DNA of 64,000 nucleotides from Candidatus Omnitrophota bacterium (GTDB taxonomy: Bacteria; Omnitrophota; Gorgyraeia; B26-G9): the NCBI GenBank assembly GCA_043814605.1, contig JBDRJV010000022.1, positions 149,305 through 213,304 of the forward strand, in the 5' to 3' direction. A program made the translations under genes and the position numbers. Shown here one piece after another: positions 34,291-45,040 of the stretch; position 1 is the stretch's first letter, and the number at the start of each line of letters is the position of its first letter. The notes beneath the pieces are model-generated. The model did not search any database. It saw only the letters and a program-made list of their open reading frames with translations, and was not told the DNA's origin.

Positions 34291-35922
34291 TTAATGTTTT
34301 AGCTGCACTTGGCTAAACTCTAATTCTAGAAAAAAAGAAAACTTGATCACTTTTTCGCTTATCTTACTAAGTTTATCCACTTTAATAGTTTTAATTAAGG
34401 GGTGTTTCTTTAAACTTTGATAAAAATCATCAATCACATTTAAATCCTGTTCTGTATTTGCTTCGAGTAAAACAGTATTATTCGCTAAATCCAGCTCCAG
34501 ACTGCTTGCCCAAATAGTTTTCGGCATTGATGCTGCTAAAAAATCAATTAAAGTAATTCCCGCATGTTTATTTTTTAGCTGAGACTGCATAATCTTTATA
34601 TCTCCCTGATATTTACTAATTGCCTGATTTAATTGAGTTATGTTGCGATCCGCCTCATTGTAAGCCTGAACAAATTGCTTCAGCTTCCCCTCATAACTCT
34701 TTAAAATACTGTATTTAGCGGTTAAAAATATTGTTGTGCTTAAAAATATTAATAATAGCAAGACCCCGGCAGCAAGAACATAAGGTATTTTTTCTCTTAC
34801 CAAATTAATCTTAAAATATTCAACGGGTAATAAATTAATATTTAAACTGCTTCGGCCATAACCCCTTAAGGCCAAACCAATGGCCGGGCCTAAAAATTCA
34901 TTTAGTTCTAAATCCAGTTTATGATGGATATCCAGAAGATTTAAAAAATCCACTTTCTCTACCGGCGCGGCTAAACTATTTTCAAAAAACTTATCAATAT
35001 TCTCAATTTTACTTACGCCTCCGGTAATTAACACTTTTTGGAAATTAATACTTAAAGAATATTGTGTCTTATAAAAATTAAGTGTTTTTACGATTTCATT
35101 TGTTAAATCTGTTAAAACACTTGTGACGACTTCAGCAATTTTTTGATCTAATTCATTAATTTGTGATTTTTGCCCGTAATAAAGCATTAACACTTTTGCT
35201 TTTTCTTTTTTTGTTTGCTCTGCCTGATTACGGTTAATTTCCAATTTTTTTGTGATTGCTTCGGTAATATCCTCACCCCCTAAAGGTAAACTCCGGGTCC
35301 AAATCCGGCCGGAATCAATCACAATAATATTTGTTGTTTTAGCTCCTAAATCCAATACTAAAGTTTGCTCTAAATCCGGATAGAAATTTTGCAAACAATT
35401 GTAGAGAGCTAAATTACTCACATCAATAAAATCTACAACTAAGCCTGATTCTTCTATACACTTAATTATTTGCGCTACTAATTCTTTTTTTACTGCCGCT
35501 AAAAGAACGGTTAATTGCTTTTTATCACGTGAATAAATTTGATGATCCCAAACAACTTCTTTAATCGGAAACGGCACTTGCTGCTGGGTTTCATACAATA
35601 CAATTTGCTTAAGCTTTTGAATGGGAGTAATCGGAATCTTGAGCATTCTGACAAAAGCAGATTGTCCGGCTATGGATATACCAATTTTGGTATTAATCAA
35701 ATTTTTATTTTTACGCAGGAATTTTTTTAAATAATAAGCTAGGTGAACAAACTGCTGTTTAGCCTCAACATTAGGATTTTCCGCATCATACACTTCATTT
35801 ACAGCATCTAATAAATGCAGGGAATCGCCTTTACTTTTGTCTAATAAGACAATCTTCAGCGAACTTGCCCCAATATCAATACCTAAAAATAAATTTTTCG
35901 ATAAATTTGATGAACCAGACAT
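34291..35922 (-). CDS. pilM: PilM-PilN fusion (Amuc_1101-like)
   Basis: Actin-like motifs GIDIGASSLK, LDLGAKTT, ITGG, AIGLALRG, then INLLP + TM + PilN domain. Confidence 0.9.
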   Translation of the reverse strand: MSGSSNLSKNLFLGIDIGASSLKIVLLDKSKGDSLHLLDAVNEVYDAENPNVEAKQQFVHLAYYLKKFLRKNKNLINTKIGISIAGQSAFVRMLKIPITPIQKLKQIVLYETQQQVPFPIKEVVWDHQIYSRDKKQLTVLLAAVKKELVAQIIKCIEESGLVVDFIDVSNLALYNCLQNFYPDLEQTLVLDLGAKTTNIIVIDSGRIWTRSLPLGGEDITEAITKKLEINRNQAEQTKKEKAKVLMLYYGQKSQINELDQKIAEVVTSVLTDLTNEIVKTLNFYKTQYSLSINFQKVLITGGVSKIENIDKFFENSLAAPVEKVDFLNLLDIHHKLDLELNEFLGPAIGLALRGYGRSSLNINLLPVEYFKINLVREKIPYVLAAGVLLLLIFLSTTIFLTAKYSILKSYEGKLKQFVQAYNEADRNITQLNQAISKYQGDIKIMQSQLKNKHAGITLIDFLAASMPKTIWASSLELDLANNTVLLEANTEQDLNVIDDFYQSLKKHPLIKTIKVDKLSKISEKVIKFSFFLELEFSQVQLKH

Positions 35923-36107
35923 AATTCTTCTTTAAATCTACATTCCTTGTTGATTTTTAATTTAGATATGCAATAATCTTAGGACAACTTTTGAATAATA
36001 TCCTTTTATTATTACTACCTTTCCCCTCCCTAGAAAAGGTGATTAATGAAGGTAAGACTTTTGATTGTACTTGCAGTGTAGAAAGTTATAAGTCGCTATA
36101 TTTATAT

Positions 36108-36138
36108 ATTATATAACATATTTATAAAGGTTTGTCAA
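36108..36138 (-). promoter_or_regulatory. Putative sigma70 promoter upstream of pilM
   Basis: TTGACA (36138-36133) followed by TGT-TATATAAT. Confidence 0.5.
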
Positions 36139-36210
36139 TATTTAGCTCAATAATTTTATACTCAAATTTAATATTTTTGTTCTTTTGAGATCATAACAGT
36201 ATTAATATCA

Positions 36211-37470
36211 TTAAGTTAAAGATTGGATTAAAGTAATTAAAGGCAAAAACATTGCTAAAACAATAATACCCACAACTACACCCATAATAATAACTAATAG
36301 TGGTTCAAGTAAAGCAGCTAACATATTAGTTGTAATTTCTACCTCTTCTTCATATGTATCCGCAACTTTAGAAAGCATACGGTCTAATGAACCGCTTTCT
36401 TCTCCCACACCAATCATATTAATCATTAACTCTGGAAATACTTCACTATTCTCAAGCACTGCAGAAATAAATCCCCCTTCGCGGACATTTTCTCCGATCG
36501 TGTTAACAGCCTGAGCCATAACCTCATTGCCACAAACTTGTTTAGTTAATTCTAAAGCCATTAATATCGGTACCCCGCCGCTAAGAAGAGTCGCTAGTGT
36601 TCGGGAAAACCGGGCAGAGGTTATTTTTTGAATCAACACTCCCATAACTGGTAAACGCAACATGATTTTATCATTAAAATAACGGAAAGAATAATTTTTT
36701 AATAATAGCTTATAACCGATAATAACTACGGTTGATATCCCCACAACAACATACCAGTACACCAGCAGTACATTACTTATTTTCATTAAAACCAAAGTTA
36801 AAAACGGCAAAACTACTCCGGTGTTTTCAAAAAGTTCCATAAACCGGGGAATCACAAAAACAACAATAAACCCTAAAATTCCCAGAGAAACTAAAAGCAC
36901 AAGACAGGGATAAACTAAAGCCGAACGGATTTTCTGTACTAATCTTAGGTTACGTTCCAAATAATCAGCCAACCGCTTAAGTACTTTATCTAAAGCTCCG
37001 CTAGTTTCCCCGGCTTTAACAATATTAATATATACTTTGGAAAATGATTCCGGATAATGAGCCAGTGCATTACTAAAAGACCGGCCAGACTCAATCATAT
37101 CGATAATATTTCCGATTACTGTTGCCATCATTTCAAACCTTGCTTGCTTTTTTAATGTCTGCAAGCCCCGGACTAAAGACAATCCGGCATCAAGCAGCAC
37201 AGAAAGCTGGCGGGTAAAAATTACTAAATCCTGTTGTTTAATTTTCCGCCGGCCTAAATTAAAAAAATTTATCTTATCCCAAAAATTCAAATTCACGCCA
37301 TCACTGGTTGATTTCTTTTTGTCTGCTTCGCTTGCTTTATTAATACTAACCGGATAAAGTTCTTTTTGTTTAATTTTAGTTAACGCTTCATTAAGCGTCG
37401 CGGCATCAATACTACCTCTTACTTCCTGCCCGTCTTTTTTAATTGCTGTGTAAATATATTTTTCCATCAA
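36211..37470 (-). CDS. pilC: PilC/GspF platform protein
   Basis: FTRQLSVLLDAG, AGETSGAL, ALVYP, GEESGSL, LLEP. Confidence 0.93.
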   Translation of the reverse strand: MMEKYIYTAIKKDGQEVRGSIDAATLNEALTKIKQKELYPVSINKASEADKKKSTSDGVNLNFWDKINFFNLGRRKIKQQDLVIFTRQLSVLLDAGLSLVRGLQTLKKQARFEMMATVIGNIIDMIESGRSFSNALAHYPESFSKVYINIVKAGETSGALDKVLKRLADYLERNLRLVQKIRSALVYPCLVLLVSLGILGFIVVFVIPRFMELFENTGVVLPFLTLVLMKISNVLLVYWYVVVGISTVVIIGYKLLLKNYSFRYFNDKIMLRLPVMGVLIQKITSARFSRTLATLLSGGVPILMALELTKQVCGNEVMAQAVNTIGENVREGGFISAVLENSEVFPELMINMIGVGEESGSLDRMLSKVADTYEEEVEITTNMLAALLEPLLVIIMGVVVGIIVLAMFLPLITLIQSLT

Positions 37471-37488
37471 TTTTATATTTTTAGATTT

Positions 37489-39195
37489 TTATACATAACC
37501 TAAAGTAACATTCGCTAATTCCTCGATTGTCGTTTTCCCGGCAAATACTTTTAAAAGCCCATCATCGCGTAATGTCCGCATCCCATTTTTGATGGCTTGC
37601 TCTCTTAAACGCCCGACAGGAGCTTGATCTAAAATTAACGAACGCAAATCCTCATCTAAAACCAATAATTCAAAAATCCCAATTCTTCCTTTATAGCCTG
37701 TATTGCTGCATAAATTACAACCCCGGCCTTGATAAAATTTTTTATTCCCTAATTCCTTTAATCTTAGATCAAGCTCATCTAATTCTTTTTGCGCCGGGGT
37801 ATATTCATATTTACACTTATTACAAATACAGCGGACCAAACGCTGCGCCAGGATTGCCTCAACAGCAGAAGCAATTAAAAACGGCTCAACTCCCATATCC
37901 ACAAGCCGAGTTATCGCAGAAGGGGCATCATTTGTATGCAAGGTTGAGAAAACAAGGTGTCCGGTTAAGGAAGCATGGATTGCCATTTGCACAGTTTCTG
38001 CATCCCTAATTTCACCAACCATAATTACATCCGGATCTTGACGTAAAATATGACGCAAGGCAACGGGAAATGTAAGATTTATTTTTGGCCTGACCGAAAC
38101 CTGAATCAGGCCGGCTAAATCAAATTCCACCGGATCTTCAACCGTTATTATTTTTTGTTCAATTGTATTAATACTGCTCAGCGCAGAATATTGTGTTGTG
38201 GTTTTACCGCAGCCTGTGGGCCCGGTGCTTAAAATAATTCCGAAAGGTTTTTTAATTAAATTTTTTATTTTTTGCTTTATATCTGCTTCAAATCCTAATT
38301 CCTCGATAGACAGTTCCACTGTAGCTTTATCCAAAATACGAATGACCACGCTTTCCCCGAAAATCGTCGGTAATGTTGAAATTCTTAAATCTACCATTCT
38401 GCCGCCAATTCTGATTAAAGTCCTTCCATCTTGAGGCAGCCGTGTTTCCGCAATATTTAAATTTGTAATTACTTTAATGCGGGATGTAATTGCCCGATGC
38501 AATGATTTTGGCGGACAAACAATATCATAAAGCAATCCGTCTAAACGGTAACGGATCTTAAATTCATCTTGAAACGGTTCAAAGTGAATATCCGAAGCTT
38601 TATTGCGAATTGCCTGGATTAAAATAAAATTGATTAATTTAACAATCGGCAGCTGCGATGCCATCTCTTCAATGTTTTCAATCTTTTCTGTCTCATCAAT
38701 TAATTCCGGAACTGTTTCTTTAATCTCAGAAAAAATATCATCAACACTTTCGACTTCCTGAGCATAATATTTTTTTAATGTTTGAGAAATACTTGTAGGG
38801 GAAGCGATTTTTCCTTTTATGCTACAGTTAAACATAAACCTTAAATCATCAATAATACTAAAATTTAAAGGATCGGAAGTCGCCACTGTGAGGATGTTAT
38901 TTTTAAAACTAATCGGAACAATATTATAAAGACGCGCCACGGAACCAGGAACTTTATCTATAGCTTGGCGGTCAATGGAAATTTTTTCCAAATCCACAAT
39001 TTCCATTTTAGTTTGTACTCCTAGTGCCTTAAGCAGCTGGTTTTCATTAAGATAGCCAAGATTTACTAAAATTTGCCCTAAAGGCAAACCGCTCGTTTTT
39101 TGATTTTCCAGTCCTTCAGATAATGCCTCCGGGCTGATTAAACCTCTCTCTTTTAAGATATGTCCGATTGTTTTAAAACGAAAATTAGTTTCCAT
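37489..39195 (-). CDS. pilB: PilB/GspE extension ATPase with MshEN-like N-terminus
   Basis: ASDIHFEP, GPTGCGKTTT, LRQDPD, tetra-Cys, GYKGR; probable start 39195 (the upstream 7 codons lie in heptamer repeats). Confidence 0.93.
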   Translation of the reverse strand: METNFRFKTIGHILKERGLISPEALSEGLENQKTSGLPLGQILVNLGYLNENQLLKALGVQTKMEIVDLEKISIDRQAIDKVPGSVARLYNIVPISFKNNILTVATSDPLNFSIIDDLRFMFNCSIKGKIASPTSISQTLKKYYAQEVESVDDIFSEIKETVPELIDETEKIENIEEMASQLPIVKLINFILIQAIRNKASDIHFEPFQDEFKIRYRLDGLLYDIVCPPKSLHRAITSRIKVITNLNIAETRLPQDGRTLIRIGGRMVDLRISTLPTIFGESVVIRILDKATVELSIEELGFEADIKQKIKNLIKKPFGIILSTGPTGCGKTTTQYSALSSINTIEQKIITVEDPVEFDLAGLIQVSVRPKINLTFPVALRHILRQDPDVIMVGEIRDAETVQMAIHASLTGHLVFSTLHTNDAPSAITRLVDMGVEPFLIASAVEAILAQRLVRCICNKCKYEYTPAQKELDELDLRLKELGNKKFYQGRGCNLCSNTGYKGRIGIFELLVLDEDLRSLILDQAPVGRLREQAIKNGMRTLRDDGLLKVFAGKTTIEELANVTLGYV

Positions 39196-39271
39196 GTTCC
39201 ATGCCTCATGTTCCAAGCTACAAGCTTCAGGATTTTTCTTGTGGCTTGCAACTTGGAGCTTGCTACCTGTT
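39192..39271. repeat. Inverted arrays of degenerate 7-mers
   Basis: catgttc catgcct catgttc caagcta caagctt ... ttgtggc ttgcaac ttggagc ttgctac. Confidence 0.65.
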
Positions 39272-40336
39272 TTACCCTCTGCCTTGTACTTTTAATTTCA
39301 TTTGATCCGGATCAAATGCTTTTGAGATTGCATCCTCAGGACGAATTAAACCTTTAGAATACAATTCAAATAAAGACGAATCAAACGGTTTCATGCCGAA
39401 TTTAGCACCTGTTTGTAAATCAGATGTGATCCGATAAGTTTTTCTTTCGCGAATCAGGTTTTGAATTGATGGAGTGTTAATCATAATTTCGAATGCTCCC
39501 ACTCGGCCGCGGCCTGAGGCTTTAACAATAAGCTGTTGTGAAATCACCGCCAGAATAGAAGTGGAAAGCTGTGTTCTGATCTGCTCTTGTTGCTCATGCG
39601 GAAAAACATCAATAATCCTATCCACTGTAGATGCGGCACTGGTTGTGTGCAAAGTTGCCATAACTAAATGGCCTGTTTCTGCCGCAAGAATTGCCGCTTC
39701 AATTGTCGCTAAATCACGCATTTCTCCAACGAGAATAACATCGGGATTTTGTCTTAACCCTTTAATTAAAGCTTCACTAAAACTGGGCACATCCACCCCT
39801 AATTCACGCTGGGTAACAATCCCTTTTTTGTGGGTATGATAATATTCAATCGGGTCCTCAATTGTAATTATGTGACAATCCCGTTCTGTATTAATAAAAT
39901 CTGTTATTGTGGCCAGGGTTGTTGTTTTTCCTGAACCGGTTGGCCCGGTAACTAAAATTAATCCTCGCGGCCTGAATAATAACTCCCTGACCACCGGCGG
40001 TAAACCAATCTCTTCAAAGCTTAATAAATGCATAGGAATTAACCGCAGAGTCATTCCATAATGACCCTTTTGTTTATACACAGCCACACGGAATCGAGCA
40101 ACCTTTTCAAAAGCAAAGCCAAAATCAACTCCCCCGACTTCTTGAATCCGCCGCTGGTTTTCTGTACTGGTAATTGATTTCATTAATGTTTCTGTATCAG
40201 AGTGAGTCAGCGGATCATAATTTAAACTCATTAAGGTATTATCAATTCTTAAGGTCGGCGGTTTCCCCACAGTTAAATGCATATCCGATGCATTATGCTT
40301 TACGCACAATTGCAATAATTCTCCAATATCTGACAT
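39272..40336 (-). CDS. pilT: Type IV pilus retraction ATPase
   Basis: [32 protein letters not shown] (AIRNLIRE variant). Confidence 0.95.
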   Translation of the reverse strand: MSDIGELLQLCVKHNASDMHLTVGKPPTLRIDNTLMSLNYDPLTHSDTETLMKSITSTENQRRIQEVGGVDFGFAFEKVARFRVAVYKQKGHYGMTLRLIPMHLLSFEEIGLPPVVRELLFRPRGLILVTGPTGSGKTTTLATITDFINTERDCHIITIEDPIEYYHTHKKGIVTQRELGVDVPSFSEALIKGLRQNPDVILVGEMRDLATIEAAILAAETGHLVMATLHTTSAASTVDRIIDVFPHEQQEQIRTQLSTSILAVISQQLIVKASGRGRVGAFEIMINTPSIQNLIRERKTYRITSDLQTGAKFGMKPFDSSLFELYSKGLIRPEDAISKAFDPDQMKLKVQGRG

Positions 40337-40357
40337 AATTTACCCCCTTTTTCTTAA

Positions 40358-40548
40358 GTAGCGAGTAGCAAGTAGAGAGTAGAGAGAAAAAAGTTTTTCA
40401 CTTTTAAATGAAAACACAAGCAACCCTAATCTTACTTACAACTGCCCTCATATTTTTTAAATGAACTTAATATTCTAAACAATTAATTTGTTGCTTTTAT
40501 TCTTGCTCCTTGTTACTCGCTTGCGCCCGCAAGGGTGCTACTCGCTAC
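40358..40548. repeat. Inverted heptamer arrays flanking an AT-rich core
   Basis: gtagcgagtagca (40358-40370) / tgctactcgctac (40536-40548). Confidence 0.7.
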
Positions 40549-40559
40549 CAATCAAATAA

Positions 40560-42209
40560 TCAATCCACATCACTCTGCGTTATTCTGACCATCTCCTGAA
40601 ACGAAGTAATCCCGGCTAATACTTTCTCTTGAGCATGTTCTTTTAAAGTCACCATGCCCATAGTTCTGGCTTTTTCACGGATTATATTACTGGGTACTTG
40701 TTCGTGAATTAACCGCCGCATTTGATCATTAAGGACAAGCAGCTCAAAAATCCCTGTACGCCCTAAATACCCAGTATGAGCACACAGGCTACAACCCGCA
40801 GCGCGATAAAGCTGTAGGGATTTAGATTGATCATTTACTTCCAGAATTCTGATTTCATCTTTATGCGCAATATACGGCTGTTTACAATCCGGACAAAGCA
40901 ACCGCACAAGTCTTTGGGCTAAAACTGCCTGTAACGTAGCCGAAACCATATACGGTTTTATGCCCATATCCACTAGCCGGGTTATTGCCGAAGGCGCATC
41001 ATTAGTATGCAATGTACTAAAAATTAAATGCCCGGTCAGGGCTGATTGCACAGAAATTTTAGCTGTTTCTAAATCGCGTATTTCCCCCACCATAATTATA
41101 TCCGGCGCTTGACGCAGCATTGAACGTAAAACCCGCGCAAAAGTTAATCCGATTTGGTTTTTTATCTGCACCTGGTTAATTCCGTTAATTTGATATTCAA
41201 CCGGATCTTCAGTTGTTAAAATTTTCTTTTTTGATCTATCCACACTACTTAACACTGCATACAAAGTAGTACTTTTCCCGGAACCGGTGGGCCCGGTAAT
41301 TAAAATAATCCCATTAGGTAAATTGATGATTTCATCAAAAATGCTGCGTTGTTTCGGTAAAAATCCTAATTCTTCCAAAGACATAATCCGTTTATCTAAA
41401 ATTCTCATTACTACACTTTCACCGTAATAAGCCGGCAGAGTAGAAATTCTTAAATCAAATTCTCGATTATCCACAACTGTCCTGATCCGGCCGTCTTGCG
41501 GTAAACGTTTTTCCGCAATATTCATCCCGGACATCAATTTTATCCGGCTAATAATTGAAGCTTGTAATTTTTTTTCCGGAGATTCAATCTCCCGTAAAAC
41601 TCCGTCAATTCTAAATCTAATTCTTAATTGATGATTCATCGGTTCGATATGGATATCACTTGCTCTACGTTTATAAGCATCAGAAATCAGCATATTTACT
41701 AAATGAATAACCGGAGCATCATTAATAACTTCTTGTTCGTTATCAAGATCTACGGAAGGGGAATCAATATCTGCCTGAATTGGATAATATTTTTCCAACA
41801 AATTATCCATTTTATGATTCGGGATTAATTCTGCTTCTAATGAAAACCCTAACGTTTTTTCAAAATATTCTAAAGACAAAAAATTTAACGGATTATCAAA
41901 AACAACCAGAATTTTCTCTCCATTTTTTGATAAAGGAAAGATCCTGTAACGATTAGCAAAAAAAGGATTGATTAATTCTTGTATTTCTGTACTTTGTGCG
42001 TATTCTTCGGGATTAACATAACTTAACCCCAATTCCTGGATAACTAAATCTTTTAAATTCTCATCACAATTTATATTTAGCTGTTGGAAAATATGATCAA
42101 TGCGTTCTTGTGAACGCTGTTGCGTTTGTTCTGCCTGCTGTAATTGCTCGCAGGTAATAACTCCCTTAGCCATTAATAATTCACTGATAAATTTTTGTTT
42201 ATTCGGCAT
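40560..42209 (-). CDS. Second PilB/GspE-family ATPase
   Basis: ASDIHIEP, GPTGSGKSTT, LRQAPD, CPDC/CSLC, GYLGR; overlaps tpiA by 11 bp. Confidence 0.93.
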   Translation of the reverse strand: MPNKQKFISELLMAKGVITCEQLQQAEQTQQRSQERIDHIFQQLNINCDENLKDLVIQELGLSYVNPEEYAQSTEIQELINPFFANRYRIFPLSKNGEKILVVFDNPLNFLSLEYFEKTLGFSLEAELIPNHKMDNLLEKYYPIQADIDSPSVDLDNEQEVINDAPVIHLVNMLISDAYKRRASDIHIEPMNHQLRIRFRIDGVLREIESPEKKLQASIISRIKLMSGMNIAEKRLPQDGRIRTVVDNREFDLRISTLPAYYGESVVMRILDKRIMSLEELGFLPKQRSIFDEIINLPNGIILITGPTGSGKSTTLYAVLSSVDRSKKKILTTEDPVEYQINGINQVQIKNQIGLTFARVLRSMLRQAPDIIMVGEIRDLETAKISVQSALTGHLIFSTLHTNDAPSAITRLVDMGIKPYMVSATLQAVLAQRLVRLLCPDCKQPYIAHKDEIRILEVNDQSKSLQLYRAAGCSLCAHTGYLGRTGIFELLVLNDQMRRLIHEQVPSNIIREKARTMGMVTLKEHAQEKVLAGITSFQEMVRITQSDVD

Positions 42210-42975
42210 CTTTTGTATCTTGTGTACAGGCTTGTACCAATTGGATAAAAGACTCAGCCTTTAAGCTAGCACCACCCACTAATGCCCCATCAATATCCGG
42301 CTGATTGATTAAAGTTTTAATATTTTCCGGGTTAACACTGCCCCCGTATTGAATCCTCAAATCATCGGCAATATCTTTACCAAAATTATCGGCAATTAGT
42401 TTTCTGATAAATTGATGTGCTTCCTGGGCTTGTTTCGGAGTAGCGTTTTGGCCTGTGCCAATTGCCCATACCGGTTCATAGGCAATAATAATATTTTCCA
42501 AATCATCAGCACTTAGTCCCTCTAACGCTCCCTGAACATGGTCACGGATTACGTCAAATGTTTTATTTGTCTGACGTTCTTCCAGTTTCTCCCCCACACA
42601 AACAATTGGTTTTAAACCAGCTTTTAAAGCAGCTTTAATTTTTTTGTTTACATTTTCATTAGTTTCTTTAAAAATATTACGCCGCTCAGAATGCCCGATG
42701 ATCACATATTCACAATGGACATCTTTCAACATAATGGGCGAAATCTCACCTGTAAAAGCACCTTTTTCTTCCCAAAAAAGATTCTGAGCTCCTAACTTAA
42801 CATTCGATCCATCAATCGCTTCATTAACACTATAAAGAGCTGTAAAAACAGGACAAACCAATATATCTACATCTTTAATATCTTTAAGCTCCATAGTTAA
42901 TTGTCGCACCAGGTCTAAAGCCTCGGTCACGGTTTTGTTCATTTTCCAGTTACCCGCAATAATTGGTATTCTCAT
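42199..42975 (-). CDS. tpiA: Triosephosphate isomerase
   Basis: AGNWKMNK, GHSERR, AYEPVWAIGTG, YGGSV, LVGGASL. Confidence 0.98.
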   Translation of the reverse strand: MRIPIIAGNWKMNKTVTEALDLVRQLTMELKDIKDVDILVCPVFTALYSVNEAIDGSNVKLGAQNLFWEEKGAFTGEISPIMLKDVHCEYVIIGHSERRNIFKETNENVNKKIKAALKAGLKPIVCVGEKLEERQTNKTFDVIRDHVQGALEGLSADDLENIIIAYEPVWAIGTGQNATPKQAQEAHQFIRKLIADNFGKDIADDLRIQYGGSVNPENIKTLINQPDIDGALVGGASLKAESFIQLVQACTQDTKDAE

Positions 42976-42989
42976 GTTTTTCCTTTCTT

Positions 42990-43090
42990 AATGCACATCA
43001 TTTATAGAGCATTAGCGGCATAAATGATCCATGCAAATTAAGTCTCGCCATTGTCCACTTCTTTGAGTTTGCTTGGCGGACGAATTAAGT
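42990..43090. repeat. Palindromic module plus a solo copy of the 47-bp unit
   Basis: 43036-43082 matches the 47-bp unit at 44/47; preceded by a catttat...ataaatg hairpin. Confidence 0.85.
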
Positions 43091-43228
43091 GTTGAATCTT
43101 TTAGAATAAGATATCTGGTTTAAATAATTTAAGCTAATACTGCCTTAATCCTTCGACTCCCTCTGGCCGCTCAGAATAATTTCGATCATAAAACTTACAT
43201 CATTTTATTCGATAAGTTTTAATCTTAC

Positions 43229-43687
43229 TTACCAACTTTTTATATCATCACCTAATCCATTTTCATCAATTAAATTTGGCCCGCTGGACCAAATTCTATA
43301 AGGTGGCAAACTATCTAAATTATAATATAAATCATTTCCCCAAGAATCAATCACAGTTGCGTTCGGAATCGTGGCGTTTAAATCCTCTGGTTTAAAACTC
43401 AGATAAGGCCCGTTCCAATCACTAACACTTGAATATGTAGCGGAATCTGCTAATAAATTAACTAAATTTTGATTTCCGCTGCCGGGATAAGCCCCAAAAT
43501 CAACATGATATAAAGCCAAAGCTGTTTCTAAAGCAGCGATCATGGTCTTAGCCTGGTAAATCTTTGCCTTTTTACGGACTAAAGTTCCCCCCCGTGAAAC
43601 CAGCCCCATTAAAATACCTAGAACCGCAATAATAACTAGGATTTCCATAATTGTAAATCCTGATTTAAATATTTTATTATTTTGCAT
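43229..43687 (-). CDS. GspG-like pseudopilin
   Basis: Prepilin site SG|FTIME, WNGPYL, DSWGN, SSGPN, DDIKSW. Confidence 0.88.
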   Translation of the reverse strand: MQNNKIFKSGFTIMEILVIIAVLGILMGLVSRGGTLVRKKAKIYQAKTMIAALETALALYHVDFGAYPGSGNQNLVNLLADSATYSSVSDWNGPYLSFKPEDLNATIPNATVIDSWGNDLYYNLDSLPPYRIWSSGPNLIDENGLGDDIKSW

Positions 43688-43723
43688 TTTTAACCGATTA
43701 AAATAATTTTAAAATTAACCTCA

Positions 43724-44908
43724 TCATTTATCTTTTAAAGCTGTAATCCCGGGAAGTTCTAATCCTTCTAAAAGTTCTAAACTGGATCCGCCGCCAGTCG
43801 AAACATGAGACATTTTATCCTGCACATTAAACTGTCTTACCGCACTAGCTGTATCTCCTCCCCCGATTATACTCGTTACCCCATTAAGACCGGCAATGTA
43901 TTCGGCTAACTTTTTTGTGCCTTGAGCAAAAGGCGCCATTTCAAAAACACCAACAGGACCGTTCCAAACAATTGTTTTTGCATTTTTTAATTTTTCTTTG
44001 AATAATTCAATTGTTCTTGGGCCAACATCTACGCCTATCCATCCTTCAGGAATCTCATCCCCAACATCCTGGATATTAGCTTCCGCATCAAATTTATCGG
44101 CAATTCTATTATCTACGGGTAAAACCATACTAATACTTTTTTCTGCTGCTTGAATTAAAATAGAGCGGGCTAAATCAACATAATCAGCTTCCAGCTTTGA
44201 ATTCCCAATAGATTTACCCTGTGCTTTTAAAAAAGTATAGGCCATCCCGCCTCCGATTAGGAAGCAGCTCACTTTATTCATCATATTTTCAATCATTTTA
44301 ATTTTATCGGAAACTTTAGCTCCGCCTAAAATTGTTACCAAGGGTTGCTCCGGTGCTTCGACAACCTTTCCTAAATATTGAAGCTCTTTTTCTAGGAGAA
44401 AACCCGCAACTGAGGGTAAAAAATGCGTGATCCCTTCTGTTGAAGCATGCGCACGGTGTGCAGTACCAAAAGCATCATTAACAAAAATATCGCCGTGTCG
44501 AGCCAACTTTGCCGCAAAATCAGGGTTATTTTTAGTTTCTTCAGGGTGAAAACGTAAATTTTCCAGTAATATGACTTGCGCATCTGTTTCTTTAACTGCT
44601 TTTTCAATATTTTCTCCCACACAATCATTTAACTTTTTTACAGGCATTTTTAAAATTTGACTTAACTTCTTCGCCACAGGATCAAGCCTCATCGATTCCA
44701 CAACCTGTCCTTTTGGCCGGCCTAAATGACTCATCAGTACAATTTTTTTAGCCTGTTGTTCAAGGCAAAACTTGATTGTGGGAATTGCCGAAATAATTCT
44801 TAATTCATCCGTAATTTGGCCTTTACTATTTAACGGCACATTAAAATCCGCCCGAATCAGAATTCTTTTATTCTTTAAATCAATATCTTTAATTGTCATT
44901 TTATTCAT
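43724..44908 (-). CDS. pgk: Phosphoglycerate kinase
   Basis: RADFNVP, SHLGRP, LLENLRF, GGAKVSDK, GGGDT, STGGG. Confidence 0.98.
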   Translation of the reverse strand: MNKMTIKDIDLKNKRILIRADFNVPLNSKGQITDELRIISAIPTIKFCLEQQAKKIVLMSHLGRPKGQVVESMRLDPVAKKLSQILKMPVKKLNDCVGENIEKAVKETDAQVILLENLRFHPEETKNNPDFAAKLARHGDIFVNDAFGTAHRAHASTEGITHFLPSVAGFLLEKELQYLGKVVEAPEQPLVTILGGAKVSDKIKMIENMMNKVSCFLIGGGMAYTFLKAQGKSIGNSKLEADYVDLARSILIQAAEKSISMVLPVDNRIADKFDAEANIQDVGDEIPEGWIGVDVGPRTIELFKEKLKNAKTIVWNGPVGVFEMAPFAQGTKKLAEYIAGLNGVTSIIGGGDTASAVRQFNVQDKMSHVSTGGGSSLELLEGLELPGITALKDK

Positions 44909-45040
44909 TTTTTTATGCCTTTCTCCTTTTAATTATAAATATTATTTTTAAGAATTTATTATAGCATTCAAACCTGTATTTTGTAAATATTGTTATAATA
45001 AAATAATTAGCAGGCAATATAACTATTATAAAATAATGTA

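Noticed and set aside
39196-39216. Extended N-terminus MEHEAWN of PilB
   Set aside because: Encoded by heptamer repeats; ATG 39195 has a GAGG RBS and fits the MshEN start
43148-43177. atccttcgac...gctcagaat REP-like remnant as a separate element
   Set aside because: Single degenerate copy with weak pairing; insufficient support
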